From contig NW_027270990.1 of NCBI RefSeq assembly GCF_040938485.1, positions 310,001 through 374,000 on the forward strand: a stretch of 64,000 nt of DNA, written 5' to 3'. Below, piece after piece: positions 49,160 to 61,984 of the stretch. The notes beneath the pieces were generated by a model. The model saw only the letters and a list, made by a program, of their open reading frames with translations. It searched no databases and had not been told where the DNA came from. Origin of the DNA: Diadema antillarum. Lineage: Eukaryota. Position numbers and translations under genes: made by a program. Each line of letters begins with the position of its first letter. Within the stretch, counting starts at the first letter, position 1.

Positions 49160-49980
49160 TTCTCCCTTCTTATCTCCATCTCTGTCATCATGTTTGCCTT
49201 TTCCTATCTCCCACCCACTTCATGATGTCTCCTTTCTCTCCTCCTTGTATCTCCTTTCTTCACCCCTCATCATCCACCCCTCATCCTTCACCCCTCATCC
49301 TTCACCCTTCATCTTCCATCCCTCATCTTCAACCCCACATCCCTCACCCCTCATCCTCCACCCCTCATCCTTCACCCTTCATCTTCCACTCCTCATCCTT
49401 CCACCCTTTATTTTCCACCCCTTTTCTTCCATCCCTCGTTTTTCACCCTCATCTTCCACCCTTCATCTTCCATCCCTCATCCTTCACCCCTCATCTTCCA
49501 TCCCTCATCTTCTACCCCTCATCTTCTACCCCTCATCTTCCATCCCTCATCTTCCCCCTTCATCTTCCACTCTTCATCTTCCACCTTTCATCTTCCATCC
49601 CTCATCCTTCCACCCCTCGTCTTCCACCCCTCATTTTCAACCCCTCATCTTCAACCCCACATCCCTCACCCCTCATCTTCCACCCTTTATCTTCCACCTC
49701 TTGTCTTCCATCCCTCATTTTTTACCCTCATCTTCCACCCTTCATCTTCCATCCCTCATCCTTCACCCCTCATCTTCCATCCCTCATCTTCTACCCCTCA
49801 TCTTTCATCCCTCATCTACCCCTCATCTTCCATCCCTCATCTTCTACCCCTCATCTTCCACTCCTCACCTTCCCCCTTCATCTTCCACTCTTCATCTTTC
49901 ACCTTTCATCCTCCACCTCTCATCCTCCACCCTCCTCCTCTACCCTCTACCTTGCACCCTTCTCTCACGCCCCCCTTGCA
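49160..49980. repeat. Pyrimidine-rich minisatellite/low-complexity tract (CCCTCATCTTCCA-like units)
   Basis: About 800 bp almost devoid of G on the plus strand, ending directly at the exon 8 acceptor. Confidence 0.9.
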
Positions 49981-49981
49981 G

Positions 49982-50156
49982 GAAGGAGCAGCTGATGGGA
50001 GCGGAGCTGGCCCGCCTGCAGGCAGAGCTACAGAAGATGCAGTCCAAGCTCAGCAGCAATGAGAGCCAGCTGAGGCAGGGTGACGAGAGGAGGCGTGCCC
50101 TGGAGACCCAGATCAGCCAGTACCAGCAGCAGCAGAGCCAGTTTGATGCTGGCCAG
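49982..50156 (+). CDS. RRBP1: RRBP1-like coding exon 8 (KEQLMGAELARLQAELQKMQSKLSSNESQLRQGDERRRALETQISQYQQQQSQFDAGQ)
   Basis: Aligns with human KQNAELAKLRQELSKV...EQQRKALEAK. Acceptor CCTTGCAG, donor CAG|GTAGGT, phase 2/0. Confidence 0.9.
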
Positions 50157-52336
50157 GTAGGTCAAGACCTCATTCTTAGAATGCAAACAATTGAGAAGAA
50201 GAACTTGAATAAACAACCAACCAACAAAAAACAAGAAACAACCTTAAAAAGACACACACACACATGCAAGAACCTTAAACAAGTATTTTGGTGTCTGTAT
50301 ACTCATATATAATCTTTTTTTTTTTTTTTCTTTGCAAATTTAGTTTTATCCTGGGTGGCGTTGTCAGAGGTCAAGCACCGTTGCATCATGAAGAACTTGA
50401 CCGTACACAAGCAGAACACAAACCCACCAAATCACCCTCTTGATCACAACTTAATGACACACGCTTACAAAAAAAATAAAAATAAAATAATGCCATATTT
50501 ATGCTGTTTGCTGTCTGTAACTGGTCGCCTTGGTCAGACCACAGGGGACCAGTATTCGCTTGATTGCATAGGAAACAGACAGTATTTCAAGGTTTTTTTG
50601 CCACATTCTTTGCTGAATGGGAAGGCAGAATCCGTAGTGTTATATCAAAATCACTTTGAGCACTCAGACATCCTTGAGAGAGCGAGAGAAAAAAGAAGAG
50701 GCATAAAAATATCCACAACAAAATGCATTGATATTCTCCATCACACTGGGAAACTTCATTTTACATGCTCTCCAAGGGGAATAATCTCCCCCCCCCCCCC
50801 CCCCACCAATCCAACAGAGGGGAAAGCGTAATAGCAGAGAGCTTTGCCTAATCTAGTCTCACTGTCTCACAGTGACTCAAGCTAGCGTTCTTGTGTGTGT
50901 ATTTGTGTGTGTGTGTGTGTGTTTGTGTCAGTGTCTGTATGTGCTGCTCAAATAGGAAAGAAGAACCAAAGCAACAACAAAATAACAGCAAATGACTTCT
51001 TACACATACATTTTCAAAGAATGAAAAGTGAGCTGATGTAAGGAAAAAAAGGTATTTTTATTTCGTTTGACAAAGAAATCCGTAGTCATGCTAGTGATGG
51101 TACTTTTTGCAGGAAGCAGTGTTTGGCAATGATCATGGGTTTTTTGTTTTGTTGTTTTGTTTTTGTTTCCTTGTTTATCCCTGTTGCTATGGCAGCCGGC
51201 ATGATTGCCACCAAAGACATAGAACATTTCCTGGATTACATGGGGGAAAACTGTGCAGTTCATGACTTTGTCCTGTATTAGAGAGTCATGCAAGGTGATA
51301 GCACTACTTGATTGAAGGGTCACATGACTTGAATGCACTATGAGTATGCAAGCATTATTATATTGGTTTCATCAGAGATGCAGTATGAAAATCTTCTTGA
51401 AAGAAAACTAGTCAGCCGCAATGCAAACCATTTTTGGATCATATTCTAGTATCTTATTCTTTTATTTTACATTTCTGATGCTGTATGAAAATCTTCTTAA
51501 AGGACAACCAGTCAGCCACATAACAGACGCTTTCAGGATCACTTCACTTATTTGTATTTTATTCTTTTGTTCAAATCTCTACCTCTTCGTGGTAAACCAA
51601 GGCATAACAGACGTTATCTAATTATAGACAGATGGGCTTGTAGGTATCATGTTGATAGATTATTTGTCTGTTCCTGATCTCATTGTTTACGATTTAAGAA
51701 AAACCTTCAGTTTCTTTTCTTGGTACCTGGTCCAGGTATACATTATGAAGTTAAGATGCTCTGAGTAGATTCTTTGTGAAATCCCTTGAGGCGAAAGGTC
51801 ACTGAACTATAGCAAAAGACTGGCATTTCTTAGTTGCAAAATCTGCTAGGAGTGTTCGGAAGTAATTTAGTGTGGTAGGAAGCGTAGGCAACTTATGAGC
51901 CGAAGAGGGCAGTGGTTGATAGTTGACAGTCACTGTACTTTCCAATGGTACCGTAATGTAATAACCAAGGTAAAAACAGTGCATGGAAAATAATATTCAT
52001 TGATTGTCACAGGTTAGGGTTGAACGTCAAGGTCAAAGGTTATTGCTATACTTTGGCTGTCATCTTCATTTAAGAGCAAGGCTATGGTCCTGAACACATA
52101 GTATGCAAAGGCATCCCAGATCGCAGTGTGCACTGCAGCCACTTTGCTCTAAGTATAAATTGGTTGAAACTGCACATGACCCGTGATGTCACACAAACCT
52201 TGGGGAATATAGTTAAAAAAAAAAAAGAGACTATATTCCTCGTCTGATTACGCTCTTTGATGATGATCAAGTAGTGGTGTTTATGCTTGTTAACCTCATG
52301 TATTCCATTGCCACCCCCCCCCCCTCCGCTCTGCAG

Positions 52337-52540
52337 AGAGAGAGTGAGTCCGCCCTTTCCAAGCGCCTCATGGAAGTCAGCGAAGAGCTACGAAAGGCCG
52401 AGGCTGTCAACCAGAGCCTCAACCTGGCCAAGGACTCCGCCAATGAGGAGGTGGAAAAGGTCAAAGGTCAGCTGGCCGAGCGTTGCCGCCTGGATGGAGA
52501 TCGGACTGCGGCCCTCCAGGCGATACAGGCCAAACTCACT
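52337..52540 (+). CDS. RRBP1: RRBP1-like coding exon 9 (RESESALSKRLMEVSEELRKAEAVNQSLNLAKDSANEEVEKVKGQLAERCRLDGDRTAALQAIQAKLT)
   Basis: Aligns with human RESEEALQKRLDEVSRELCH. Acceptor CTCTGCAG, donor ACT|GTGAGT, 204 nt, phase 0/0. Confidence 0.9.
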
Positions 52541-52816
52541 GTGAGTCCAAAAAAAAAAAGAAAAAAGAAAATGACCAATTTTGCAATTGGGCTTTTGTAT
52601 CGTTTATTTATTTGTGTATTTTTTGTTTCCGTTGTCAAGAAATGAGTTTTATTTTAAGCCCCATGGATATGCGAAATGAAATATTCTTTCAAACAAACCC
52701 TATTAAAAGCCTTGATCCCTGTACCACAATGCATTGTGGCATGGCAGATTGTACTCAGACAAAGGCTTACCACAGCATGAAATGGTCATGTATGAAGTGA
52801 TCCTATGAAGAACATA

Positions 52817-53508
52817 TGTGACCCTGCACCTCAAAACAAATAAAAAGTCGCCAGACATGAATTTTTAGTTAAGACCATATTCTAAAAGAGCAGACTTTAA
52901 GCTTTAAAATGATGTATATTCAAATCAAATGGACTCTCCTAACCTATCTAAATATTGGAAAGAAAGCACAAACTCAGGAAAAGTGTGAACTGAGAAAAGA
53001 GGCTCTGAAGTACAGTGTTTATTCAAGTGCTTAATCTTTACCAAACCGTGCTGGCTGTGCGGTGAATGGGACAAAAAAACAGGAAGTAAGCCACCAGAGT
53101 AACAACAATGAAGGGATTATCAGATTAAACTGAAATTAGGCATGCCTCATTAACACATTCTGTCCATAATTAATGCCAACTTTCAAAGCAGTAGCACTAT
53201 CCTTTCAAAAGTTATTAAGAGTTGAAAGTGAAGAGTGTGGACAAGGTTTTTCAGAAATGAAAAAGGGATTCTAAACACACACCTAATCACACTATTCTAC
53301 CAAAAATGTTCGAGATAAACTGCTAAAAAAACACACTTTCCTGCCCGTTTTATGATACCAAATTTTAGCATAATGTTAAAGAAGACCCGCTCTTTCAGAA
53401 AATATGAAAACGTCAAGTTCAGCTAGGTTGACCCATTTCACTTATTTTCAGTCCTCACGCAAAATCAGTGTGTGCGACTTTATGTTCGTTTTGAGGTGCA
53501 CGGTCACA
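52817..53508. mobile_element. MITE with about 35-bp TIRs and TA TSD
   Basis: TA|TGTGACCCTGCACCTCAAAACAAATAAAAAGTCGC ... GCGACTTTATGTTCGTTTTGAGGTGCACGGTCACA|TA. Confidence 0.85.
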
Positions 53509-53863
53509 TATATATTTTGAAAACTGATAGATTAAATAAAATGAAACTTCTTGTCTTCAAGGGAACCCTGATTTGCTCAATAGAAATAAGGGAATAGACT
53601 AAATCTTGGCTTTGGTCTTTTTCCAAATTTAGAACTGATGTTACAACTGGATCCCATGGAAGACCAGCTATTGTAGCTGAATATGGGCTATCCAGCCACC
53701 TTCTCAGGTGGAAATGAAACAAACAAACAAACCTTGTTACAGGATCCCATGTGTGTGTGTGATGAAAGTTGAACAACTTTTCTTCAATCTTGGTATACCC
53801 TCAAAGATGTTCAGAGATATGTTTACAGATGTATCTGCTTACCCCCTTTTTCCCGCTTTCCAG

Positions 53864-53968
53864 GACTCAGAGAGCAAATGCAACAGTCTGGAGGGGCAAG
53901 TGAGGGCTGTGGAGAACTTGTTGGAAGAGAAGCAGCAGCAAAAGACGCAGGCAGACCAAGAGCTACAG
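53864..53968 (+). CDS. RRBP1: RRBP1-like coding exon 10 (DSESKCNSLEGQVRAVENLLEEKQQQKTQADQELQ)
   Basis: Coiled-coil sequence resembling human ENSQLTERIRSIEALLE. Acceptor CTTTCCAG, donor CAG|GTCAGT, 105 nt, phase 0/0. Confidence 0.88.
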
Positions 53969-54059
53969 GTCAGTTTATACATGCTCCCCTGGCCACCATG
54001 GACAGTATGGTCACGTTCAACTCCTAAGGCCACTATCTGCCTACTCACACACATCCAGC

Positions 54060-54545
54060 CTATGTCTCCCTGCTTTTATCTAGCTCCCTCCCCCACTCCT
54101 TCCCTCCTTTTTGTCTCTTTCTTATTTCTCTTTCTTCTTACATCCTTTCTTCCCTCTTTTCCTCCCCTCCTTTTCTACCTTCAGACCTTCACTCTTTCTC
54201 TCTCCTTCTCTATCTCCCACCTTTTCTCCTTCCTTATTTCTCCTTCTTCCTACCCCTTCTCCTCCCTCTTTCCCAACCCCCCCCCCTCATTTCATACCTC
54301 CCTACCTATCTGAATCTTCCCCCTCCTAGAGCTTTATCCTTTCCTGTTCTTTGCCTCCTCCCCTCCCTCCTTCCTCAACTACTCTCCTTCCTGCCATCCT
54401 CCTCTCCCTCCACACCTATCTCCTACTTCTGTCTATCCCTACCCTGTCTTCCTTCTCTCCTGCCCCACCTTCTTCATGGCTCTACCTCTCTACTTCCCTC
54501 TCCATCTTTCCCAACCTCCTTTCTTTCCTCACCTTTCTTTTCCTG
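54060..54545. repeat. CT-rich low-complexity tract
   Basis: About 480 bp of C/T-dominated sequence in the intron after exon 10. Confidence 0.85.
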
Positions 54546-54960
54546 TATATATTGTATCTGTTCCTGTACATGTTGTATTTCAACATCACTCATCAACCAA
54601 GTGTTTTATAAATGAAGAAACGGTAACCATGGCAGCTCTGCGCTTTCAGCAAATGTTGTATTTCTCTTTGTATGACTGCTTGCATTGTGCGTTGCCTGTT
54701 CGACAAGAGATTCAGAAGAATGATACAGTAGCTGAAAGTTTGTGGAAAGTCTTTACTGAGACTTTGTGATTGTTACAGCGCTTGCAAATCAAATTTTGCA
54801 AGCAATGTGCCCATCAAAGTCTGAGCACCTGTAACTCCAGCCATGATTGCCATGTCTAGACCAACTCTGTCTTTTTGTGCTGCTCTCTCGCTATCTTCCT
54901 CCCATGTGTGTCCCATTTGTGTCAAGTTTGACATGGTGGTCTGCTCTTCCTTTTTTCCAG

Positions 54961-55124
54961 GCTCTGAAAAAGGAGAATGACTCTCTCCAAGGTCAGCTGC
55001 AATCCCGGGAGAAGAGGTCAGAAGCCGAGGGTCAGGAGGCCCCGCCCCCAGCCAGTGATAGTGCAGACCACACGGATTCCGGACCCAAGGAAGAAACTGT
55101 GTTGCTGAAGGATCACAACACCAT
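54961..55124 (+). CDS. RRBP1: RRBP1-like coding exon 11 (ALKKENDSLQGQLQSREKRSEAEGQEAPPPASDSADHTDSGPKEETVLLKDHNT-I)
   Basis: Acceptor TTTTTTCCAG, donor AT|GTAAGT, 164 nt, phase 0/2. Confidence 0.85.
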
Positions 55125-56023
55125 GTAAGTTTGACTCACAGAAAAGATGGATGTAGTATGCATTCTTGACAGAAAAGCATTAATCAACATGTCATATTGA
55201 TAAACTGATATGACTGCATAGCATTGAAAAAAAATTTGATTGCAGAAAACAAATAGAAAATGAATAAGAAGAAATTATGCAACATTCATGAAAGAATACT
55301 GGTTGATTACAGTAAAGATGCAATTATGTTATCAGAGAAAGTTTATATTTTGGGGCATGTTTAAGCATTTCATTGTTTCGCAGAACAAAGGCAGCTGATA
55401 TCAGACATGAGCTGAATGTCAAAAGCCCCGTGTTTAGTTACACACCAGATGTTTCTTTCCTATATTGTGTAATTTTGTTTCTTTTACAATGTTATGATTT
55501 ATGCAATTTTATGTCCATGATATTGAGATTAGATTTTGCTTGTTTAGACCAAAGGATGTTATAGATAAAGGCAAGTGGCAAGACATGTGTAATTACTTTT
55601 TTTATGGAGTATCACAGTCACTTATAATTTGCTGATATTATCCCTCTTAGTTGTTTGCAAAGCGAAACAGCAATTGGATCACACTGTCAAATAGCAGTTA
55701 ACGACATGCCCTGCGCAAGTTTGTCTTGTTTTCAGTCAAGCATCAATTTATGATGTGTACTTTATTGTCTCTGTCACAGTAATTAATTCCTCGTTCTCCA
55801 TTCTATACACAAATAAATTCCTCTATGTCATTCATAGTACTCCATCCTAAGCACTCTGTTTAGAATATTGGCGACAGATAAAGGGGTTTCAATTTCTCCT
55901 ATCGCACCTGTGATTGCCCGTCCAAACAAAGCCCACCAGAAGTAGATACCTATGATGTATCACTCTGTGTGTGTGTGTGTATGTGTTTTATGGGATGTTG
56001 TTATCACCTGTGTATGTTTGCAG

Positions 56024-56135
56024 TGTAGCAGATAAGGAGAAGACAATAGCGGGACTGGAGGAACAGCTGAGCTCCAGTCGGACAGAGCTTGAAGGACTCC
56101 AGGCAGTGGTGGAGCAACAGAAACAGAGGAATAAT
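56024..56135 (+). CDS. RRBP1: RRBP1-like coding exon 12 (VADKEKTIAGLEEQLSSSRTELEGLQAVVEQQKQRNN)
   Basis: Aligns with human ELREAVEQQKVKNN. Acceptor GTTTGCAG, donor AAT|GTAAGT, phase 2/0. Confidence 0.92.
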
Positions 56136-56654
56136 GTAAGTCCCCCCCCCCCCCCCCTCCCCCATGCCCTTTGGATGTGGACTTTGCTCAGGTCCATTGT
56201 TTACCCCCTCGTGCTAGGTTATCTAGAGTAGCCAACCCATATTCAATCTCCACCCCCCTCCCCCCCCCCCCCAAATCTCTTTCGCCTTCCTTTCTTGTAG
56301 ATCAAATATAGCTCTTTCCACAGACTGTAGTCAGAGCTTGAGATATGAAAGAAATGTCAATGATACTTGAAAAGGCAGTAGCTCCGTATGTCCCCGCATG
56401 TGTCCTTCGTGAAGGGGCCGAGAGCAGAAGAGATTAAAATTTGCTGAAAAGAGAACACCCCCCTCCCCCAACCCCCAACCCACTCTCTTAATACCCAGCA
56501 ATCACAACAAAATAATACCTCCAAATTAGATATCAGAGAAAAAGAGAGGAAATCTGTGCATTTCAGTCACTCATCGTACATGTATACTGTACTTTTATAG
56601 ACATTAATACATGTACACACATTCAAACATGCTCACATGGCCGACATGGCTTTA

Positions 56655-57270
56655 CCTGAAAGGGGAATTCCAGACCAGTTAAAATGGGTCTGTTAAGGAA
56701 GAGTAGAATTTTACAAGCACAGTAGTGAATATTTGATCAAAATCACATAAAAAGTAAGAAGGTTGTGAAAGTATGAAGTTTCTTTAAATTTCACAAAACA
56801 GTTCTTGAACAGTCTTTATGAATATGCTAATGAGTGAGTTGATAATGCCGTCACCTCACACAACTTGCCATATAGTTTGTACGCAAAATATAGAAATTTT
56901 TTAGTTGTTGTTCAAATTTAATAATGCCCAGGTCTCAACTCACAATGTGTCTAACTGACTATCATTTTGAAGTCATTCAGCAAGGCATTAACAGTATGTT
57001 TTACTCTTGTGTAGCAGGCAAAAACAAAATGGAATTTTTGCCATTTTATTTTATGCAAGATCCACGAAAAATCTGTAGGTGATGACATCATCAGCTTATT
57101 TGCATATTCATGAAAACTGTTTGAAAACTCTTTTGCAAAAATTAGTGAAACTTCACAATTTCCTAGGTTCCTTGATTTTTATCCAATTTAATCATATTAT
57201 CACTGTTGTGCTTATAGAATTTGACTCTTTCTTTTCAGACTAACTTTTTGCTTTTCCAAAATTCCACTTC
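56655..57270. mobile_element. Degenerate Kolobok-like relic; similar relics at about 6360-6580 and about 17590-17860
   Basis: AAAGGGGAATTCCAGACC start, internal GATGACATCATCAGCT, end CAGACTAACTT...AATTCCACTT. The 17590-17860 block shares GGTGACATCATCAGCT and CAGACTAACTT. TSDs are not intact. Confidence 0.4.
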
Positions 57271-59100
57271 ATGGGCAACTATTTTGCATCTGGTATATTA
57301 TAATATCACTTTGGAATTTGTGTGGAAACTAGATAACATTTGGTTGTTTGGCTATCAAGGACTAGCATAACAAGAAATATTGCATGAACGATGGCTGTTC
57401 TTTGGAACCATCCGCTCATTCTAGCCATGGTCACAAAGCTATAAAATCGGCTCAAGTGTTCATGAACAGGATGCAACTGCAGAGCACTTGCTAAGTAACT
57501 GTCAATCTATGGTAATCCACAGACATATCAGTGTTGGTTGGCTAATTTGGAATTAATATATCCTGGAAGTGGCTCAGATTGGTTGATAGCATTTTGACAT
57601 TAAGTGTAGTAGCTTTCTCGTACAAAATGTAGGGGAAGGAAGGACCTTTACAGCAGAGAAAGGTCGCTTTGAGCTTAGAATGGCAGTCTGAAAAGAAAAA
57701 GAATTTATCTTAAATTTCCTTCTTGTGTCATATCACATGACATCAGAAGTTCTGTGAGTAGCTTGAAGCAAGTGAAGGAATGGGGGAGGGATGGAACAAT
57801 AAAACAAACAAACAAACAAACAAATCTGTTATCCACTGGCAAATTGGTGAAGAGCTGGGTTTTGACTCAGGTTGCCACGGAAATGCATAATCTTCTTCAG
57901 GAACGTTGGGTTAAATCAGCATAGCTATTGCCATATAGAGTGCGGCCTTGAAGATTTTTGTCCAACTCATGTTTTACAAAGGGCAGTGTACAGTGCAAAC
58001 TATCAAAAAAGGTGGAGGTAGAATTTGTCTGGGAAAAAAAAATATGTATATATTGAACCACATGCTTGGGTCATAATACACTATCTTTCAAATCTACCAT
58101 TTGATATATTCATTTCTGTGCTGTACTGAAAAGCAGCTGTTGATTTTAAATAGTTTATGCTGGTATGGTCATTTTCGAAAATGACACAAATGTGCATGAC
58201 CCTGTTAGTCTGCAAACAGTATGTACACATATTAGATGCCACATCTGTAGGTTTCAAACAAGTACTGCTTACATCCCATTCATTCTGTGGAGTGAAATTA
58301 CTGAGATTAGTTTGTTAGCTTTGGTTGAAATTTGTGTAGACTCAACCTCTAATTATAGTCTTGTAATTGTATTTTTAGCTCCAAATCTGTTTATCCGATA
58401 AATCTCGGCCACCGTATTTCATATGTCTGACAACCATTAACAACTGTGATGTTTTTTCTGTACCTCCATCATATTTTCTTTGCTGGAAATAATGCCTCTC
58501 TAACATTAGCTGAATCATGGCTGTATGGCCTATCCCCTTGCTTCTGAAAAACTCCGTTGAAGTTTTCATTAATTCCTGTGAGTTGCTTTATACTGTGTCT
58601 GTGTTCTCACATCTGCTTCGGTACCAAAATATCTCCTCTGCACTTTCATCCATCCCAACCTGTAATGACATCTCCACCACTGTAGTCCATGTTTACCTGC
58701 TCTGCATTTATTCACAAACTGATTCCGAGATATCATGTGTGAGAGACCCCAGGGAGCATTGAGCGCATGTGGCTAACTTGGACGGACAGATGTCCCCAAT
58801 GTTGATGTGTATTTTTCAGAATGTACTAATCATCTTTGCAACCTTTTCTGTTGATCATATATCGAACGAAAGGAGGTATGATTTTGTGCAACAAGTGTTC
58901 AATGAAATTTGAACTTGCTATTCATCTGTCTGTGTGGATGGGTAGCAGAAATCTTGAATTATCCCCCCCCCCTCCAACCATTTGACAACGATGTGCCTTT
59001 GTCATGTTCCAAAATTGCTAGTCAATGAATTGTTTTGAGGTCTCGTAGATTTTTCTTCTAGATCTTTTTTTTTTATGAACCTGTTTCCTACCGAAACCAG

Positions 59101-59196
59101 AACCTACGGGAGAAAAATCGGAAACTTATGGAGGTGGTCTCGGCGGCCGAGAAAACGAGTGCAGAATCTGCCACTCAGGCTGCGAGGGCAGCAAAG
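59101..59196 (+). CDS. RRBP1: RRBP1-like coding exon 13 (NLREKNRKLMEVVSAAEKTSAESATQAARAAK); the gene continues beyond the window
   Basis: Aligns with human DLREKNWKAMEALATAEQ. Acceptor AAACCAG, donor AAG|GTACTG, 96 nt, phase 0/0. No further exon or stop codon was recognised before 64000. Confidence 0.9.
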
Positions 59197-60534
59197 GTAC
59201 TGACACGAACCTTTTTCCAAGATGTTGCAAATGTTAACCCCTCTGCAAATAGCCAAGTCCAGAGTCGCGTCTCCATGGCTGACAGTTATCAGTCAATTCC
59301 AAATGTGATTGTGAACCTCCATATTGTGTGCACTGTGGCGTGTGTTAAAACTGTATGGCGATGACTGTCACATAGTAAATGAAAATGTGAATGCTTGTAG
59401 ACACCATCTTCAATCCCCCCCCCCCCTAATCGCACGATTTATGATAACCATCATTTGTATGCACTCCTCAAAGTTACATGTTTTTGGTTTACTGATGGTG
59501 CTGTACTGGTGTGCATGACTTGAGTTCACAGAATGTTATGAGATTGGAGCATGCCCCATATTAGTTGGATAATTTTATATTTGATCTACAGATACAATGA
59601 AACTTAGCAGCCGATTAAGATTGTATCACGTCTTTGTAGTCTATTGTTGATGACCCTGTGGTGTAAACACAGTTGTGGAATGTTATTGCTGCAAACATTG
59701 GATGTATGATCTGCCCCCCCCCCCCAATTGATACATTTTTAACCCAACAAGCCCCACAAATCTTATTCCCATGGTGTGGTGCTGTACTTTTTTGTTGCCA
59801 TAATTGTTGTATTGTTACAATGTCAGTATTTCATAAATTAAAGTCAAAGATTCTCTTTCATTTGAGCAATTCGTTGTTCATTAATTCTTTGTTTCTGTTG
59901 CAGATAAGATCCTTAAATTGGCAGTGTTTTTGAGAAGATTAGAGTTATTTGTTTCTCTCTCAAATTGACAAATTTTTGTCAATTTCTTTTGGATTTTGCT
60001 CAGGTTCAACAAATTTAACCTGTTCCATCTAATCACTCGACAGTGTATGATAAGCAGCAGAATTTAAAGTTGCCAATTTGGTAATCTCTGCAGCAAAACT
60101 ATCCCAGGGTATGATGGCATATGCCCTCAATTGTACTGCTTGTACAGTTTGTCAACATTTGTCCCACTCTTGCACTGGGTAACATAATATCATGCATCAG
60201 ATTTCCACCAGAGAAGCACTTTGACAATGAGGTGTTCTTCATTGTTTTGTTGTTTTTTTTAATAGATTTTTTGGTAATTGTAATGCTTTAAAAGTGTGTT
60301 ACAGTTTTGTTTGACAGGGAGTCCCATGTACTGCAAGAGTGGCTTGAATTTGTTCAGTCAAAATTTGTATTGATTTTGTGCTCCACAGAACTAATTTCTG
60401 GAGGCATTAAAGTATGTGCAGAGTTATTCTTATCTGCAGAATTTCCTCAGCATAGATAAAGCTCCCATGTCTCTTGCTCCTGAAGTGCACATTCAACTCC
60501 CAATCATTGTATTAATGCATGTTGTCATTGGTAA

Positions 60535-61589
60535 AGCCCCCGTTCCACTATGCCGTTCTCGCTACGATTTGACAATTTTCTCAGGTCGGGAAGGATCGGG
60601 TAAAACCTGAGCCGATCTAGACACAGTACGATGTTAGAACGCTTTAAGTACGCTGCAGTTACGACTACCAAGTGCTTGCTACGCTCTTGCTACGATGATC
60701 GGGAATGAGACATTACGATCTCTGCCGCTGCCGGTACGCTTTAGAACGATATAGCTACGCTGTCAGTGCGATGTTGCCGATGTTATCCGATCGATGCACG
60801 CTGTATCTACGCTCTTTTAAAACGATCTATACGATCTTATCACGCTGTTACCCCGTTCAGAGAGCTGAAAAGTGCCCGATGTGCCCCGATGTACCCCGAT
60901 TCGACTGTCGGTCTGCAGTCAGTCAACTTATTAGCATGCAGAACCGAAGAAATATACTGTGGACCTCAAAGAGGCTCCTCAACTCACGGTTCTTTTGCAG
61001 CAATGCATTGTATAAACAAAGACGTGCTGATTTTCCAAGGCTTTTTCTTGATGTCCTTGCTTTTATAGTCCGTCTTCCTCCAGTTGTAGATGATTTCATA
61101 TTCTTCAAAATTCTGCTATGTCCTCTTCCTCCTCTTTCAGCATCACGTGCAGTCTTTCTTTCTTCGCCTTTTGGGTAGCTGCTTCGCTGCTTTCTTCTCT
61201 TTTTCTTCATCTCTTCTTCTTCTTCGAAAATTACAGCTAAAATTACTTCCCGTTCTTGTGCCGATGTTACTACGCTCAGAAAGACCTTGCTACGCTCATC
61301 CCGCTGCGTTTACGCCGTCACTACGCTCTCCCCGCTGCGTTTACGCTGTCACTACGCTCTCCCCGCTTGCCGTACGATTAAAAATATGTCAATTTTGATC
61401 GGGGAGATCGGGAAGAAATTTTGAACCGGTTCAAAATTTCTTCCCGATCTGAAAAAATGCCCACTCCAACCCTGACCTCCACACGCTGCTGCTACGATGC
61501 TTTCGATCCCCGTACGCTTTTGCCGCTCTCTCCCGATCTGCTAGATTGGGACAGATCGGGGTCCAAATCGTGATAGTGGAACGGGGGCT
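60535..61589. mobile_element. Internally deleted PIF/Harbinger element (TAA TSD) with a degenerate Myb/SANT (MADF)-like ORF relic
   Basis: TAA|AGCCCCCGTTCCACTAT ... ATAGTGGAACGGGGGCT|TAA (17-bp perfect TIR, 3-bp TAA TSD). Subterminal CTACGAT/CTACGCT repeats. The minus strand at about 61030-61140 reads LKEEEEDIAEF/frameshift/FEEYEIIYNWRKTDYKSKDIKKKPW. Confidence 0.85.
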
Positions 61590-61984
61590 TAAAGGAATGA
61601 ACTTATGGGGGGGGGGGGGGGCAGGTTTCCCCAGCATATCATCTGGATTCAGTACATATATCCACAATCTATATACCAGTACATTATGAGTGAAACTTTC
61701 CCTTTGATGCCACCTGTAAGAGAAAACTTAATAATAAAAGAAACCTTGTATTAGCTACGGTAGTTAATTATCAGTCTACTTCAACCATTTTCATGTCAAC
61801 CAGTGATAAAAAGTACTAACAGTGAAATGGATCGATTGCAACTCTTTTGGCAATGGCCATCTCTGCTCAAAATGATTGTGATTGTGGACATGATTAGTTT
61901 GTCTTTGTTATATTGGCGTCGTAGGTCGGGAAGGAGTCGTGGTAGAGTCAAGATCACTGTTGGTACAAGGGAGAGTGGAGTGTA

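Noticed and set aside
49116-50312. 398-aa ORF (and the overlapping 257-aa ORF) rich in P/S/H/L/F
   Set aside because: The stop-free frames arise because the G-poor CT minisatellite cannot form stop codons. Only 49982-50156 is a real exon.
53708-54769. 201-aa and other ORFs over the CT-rich tract
   Set aside because: Exon 10 read through into low-complexity intron, with no independent gene signal.
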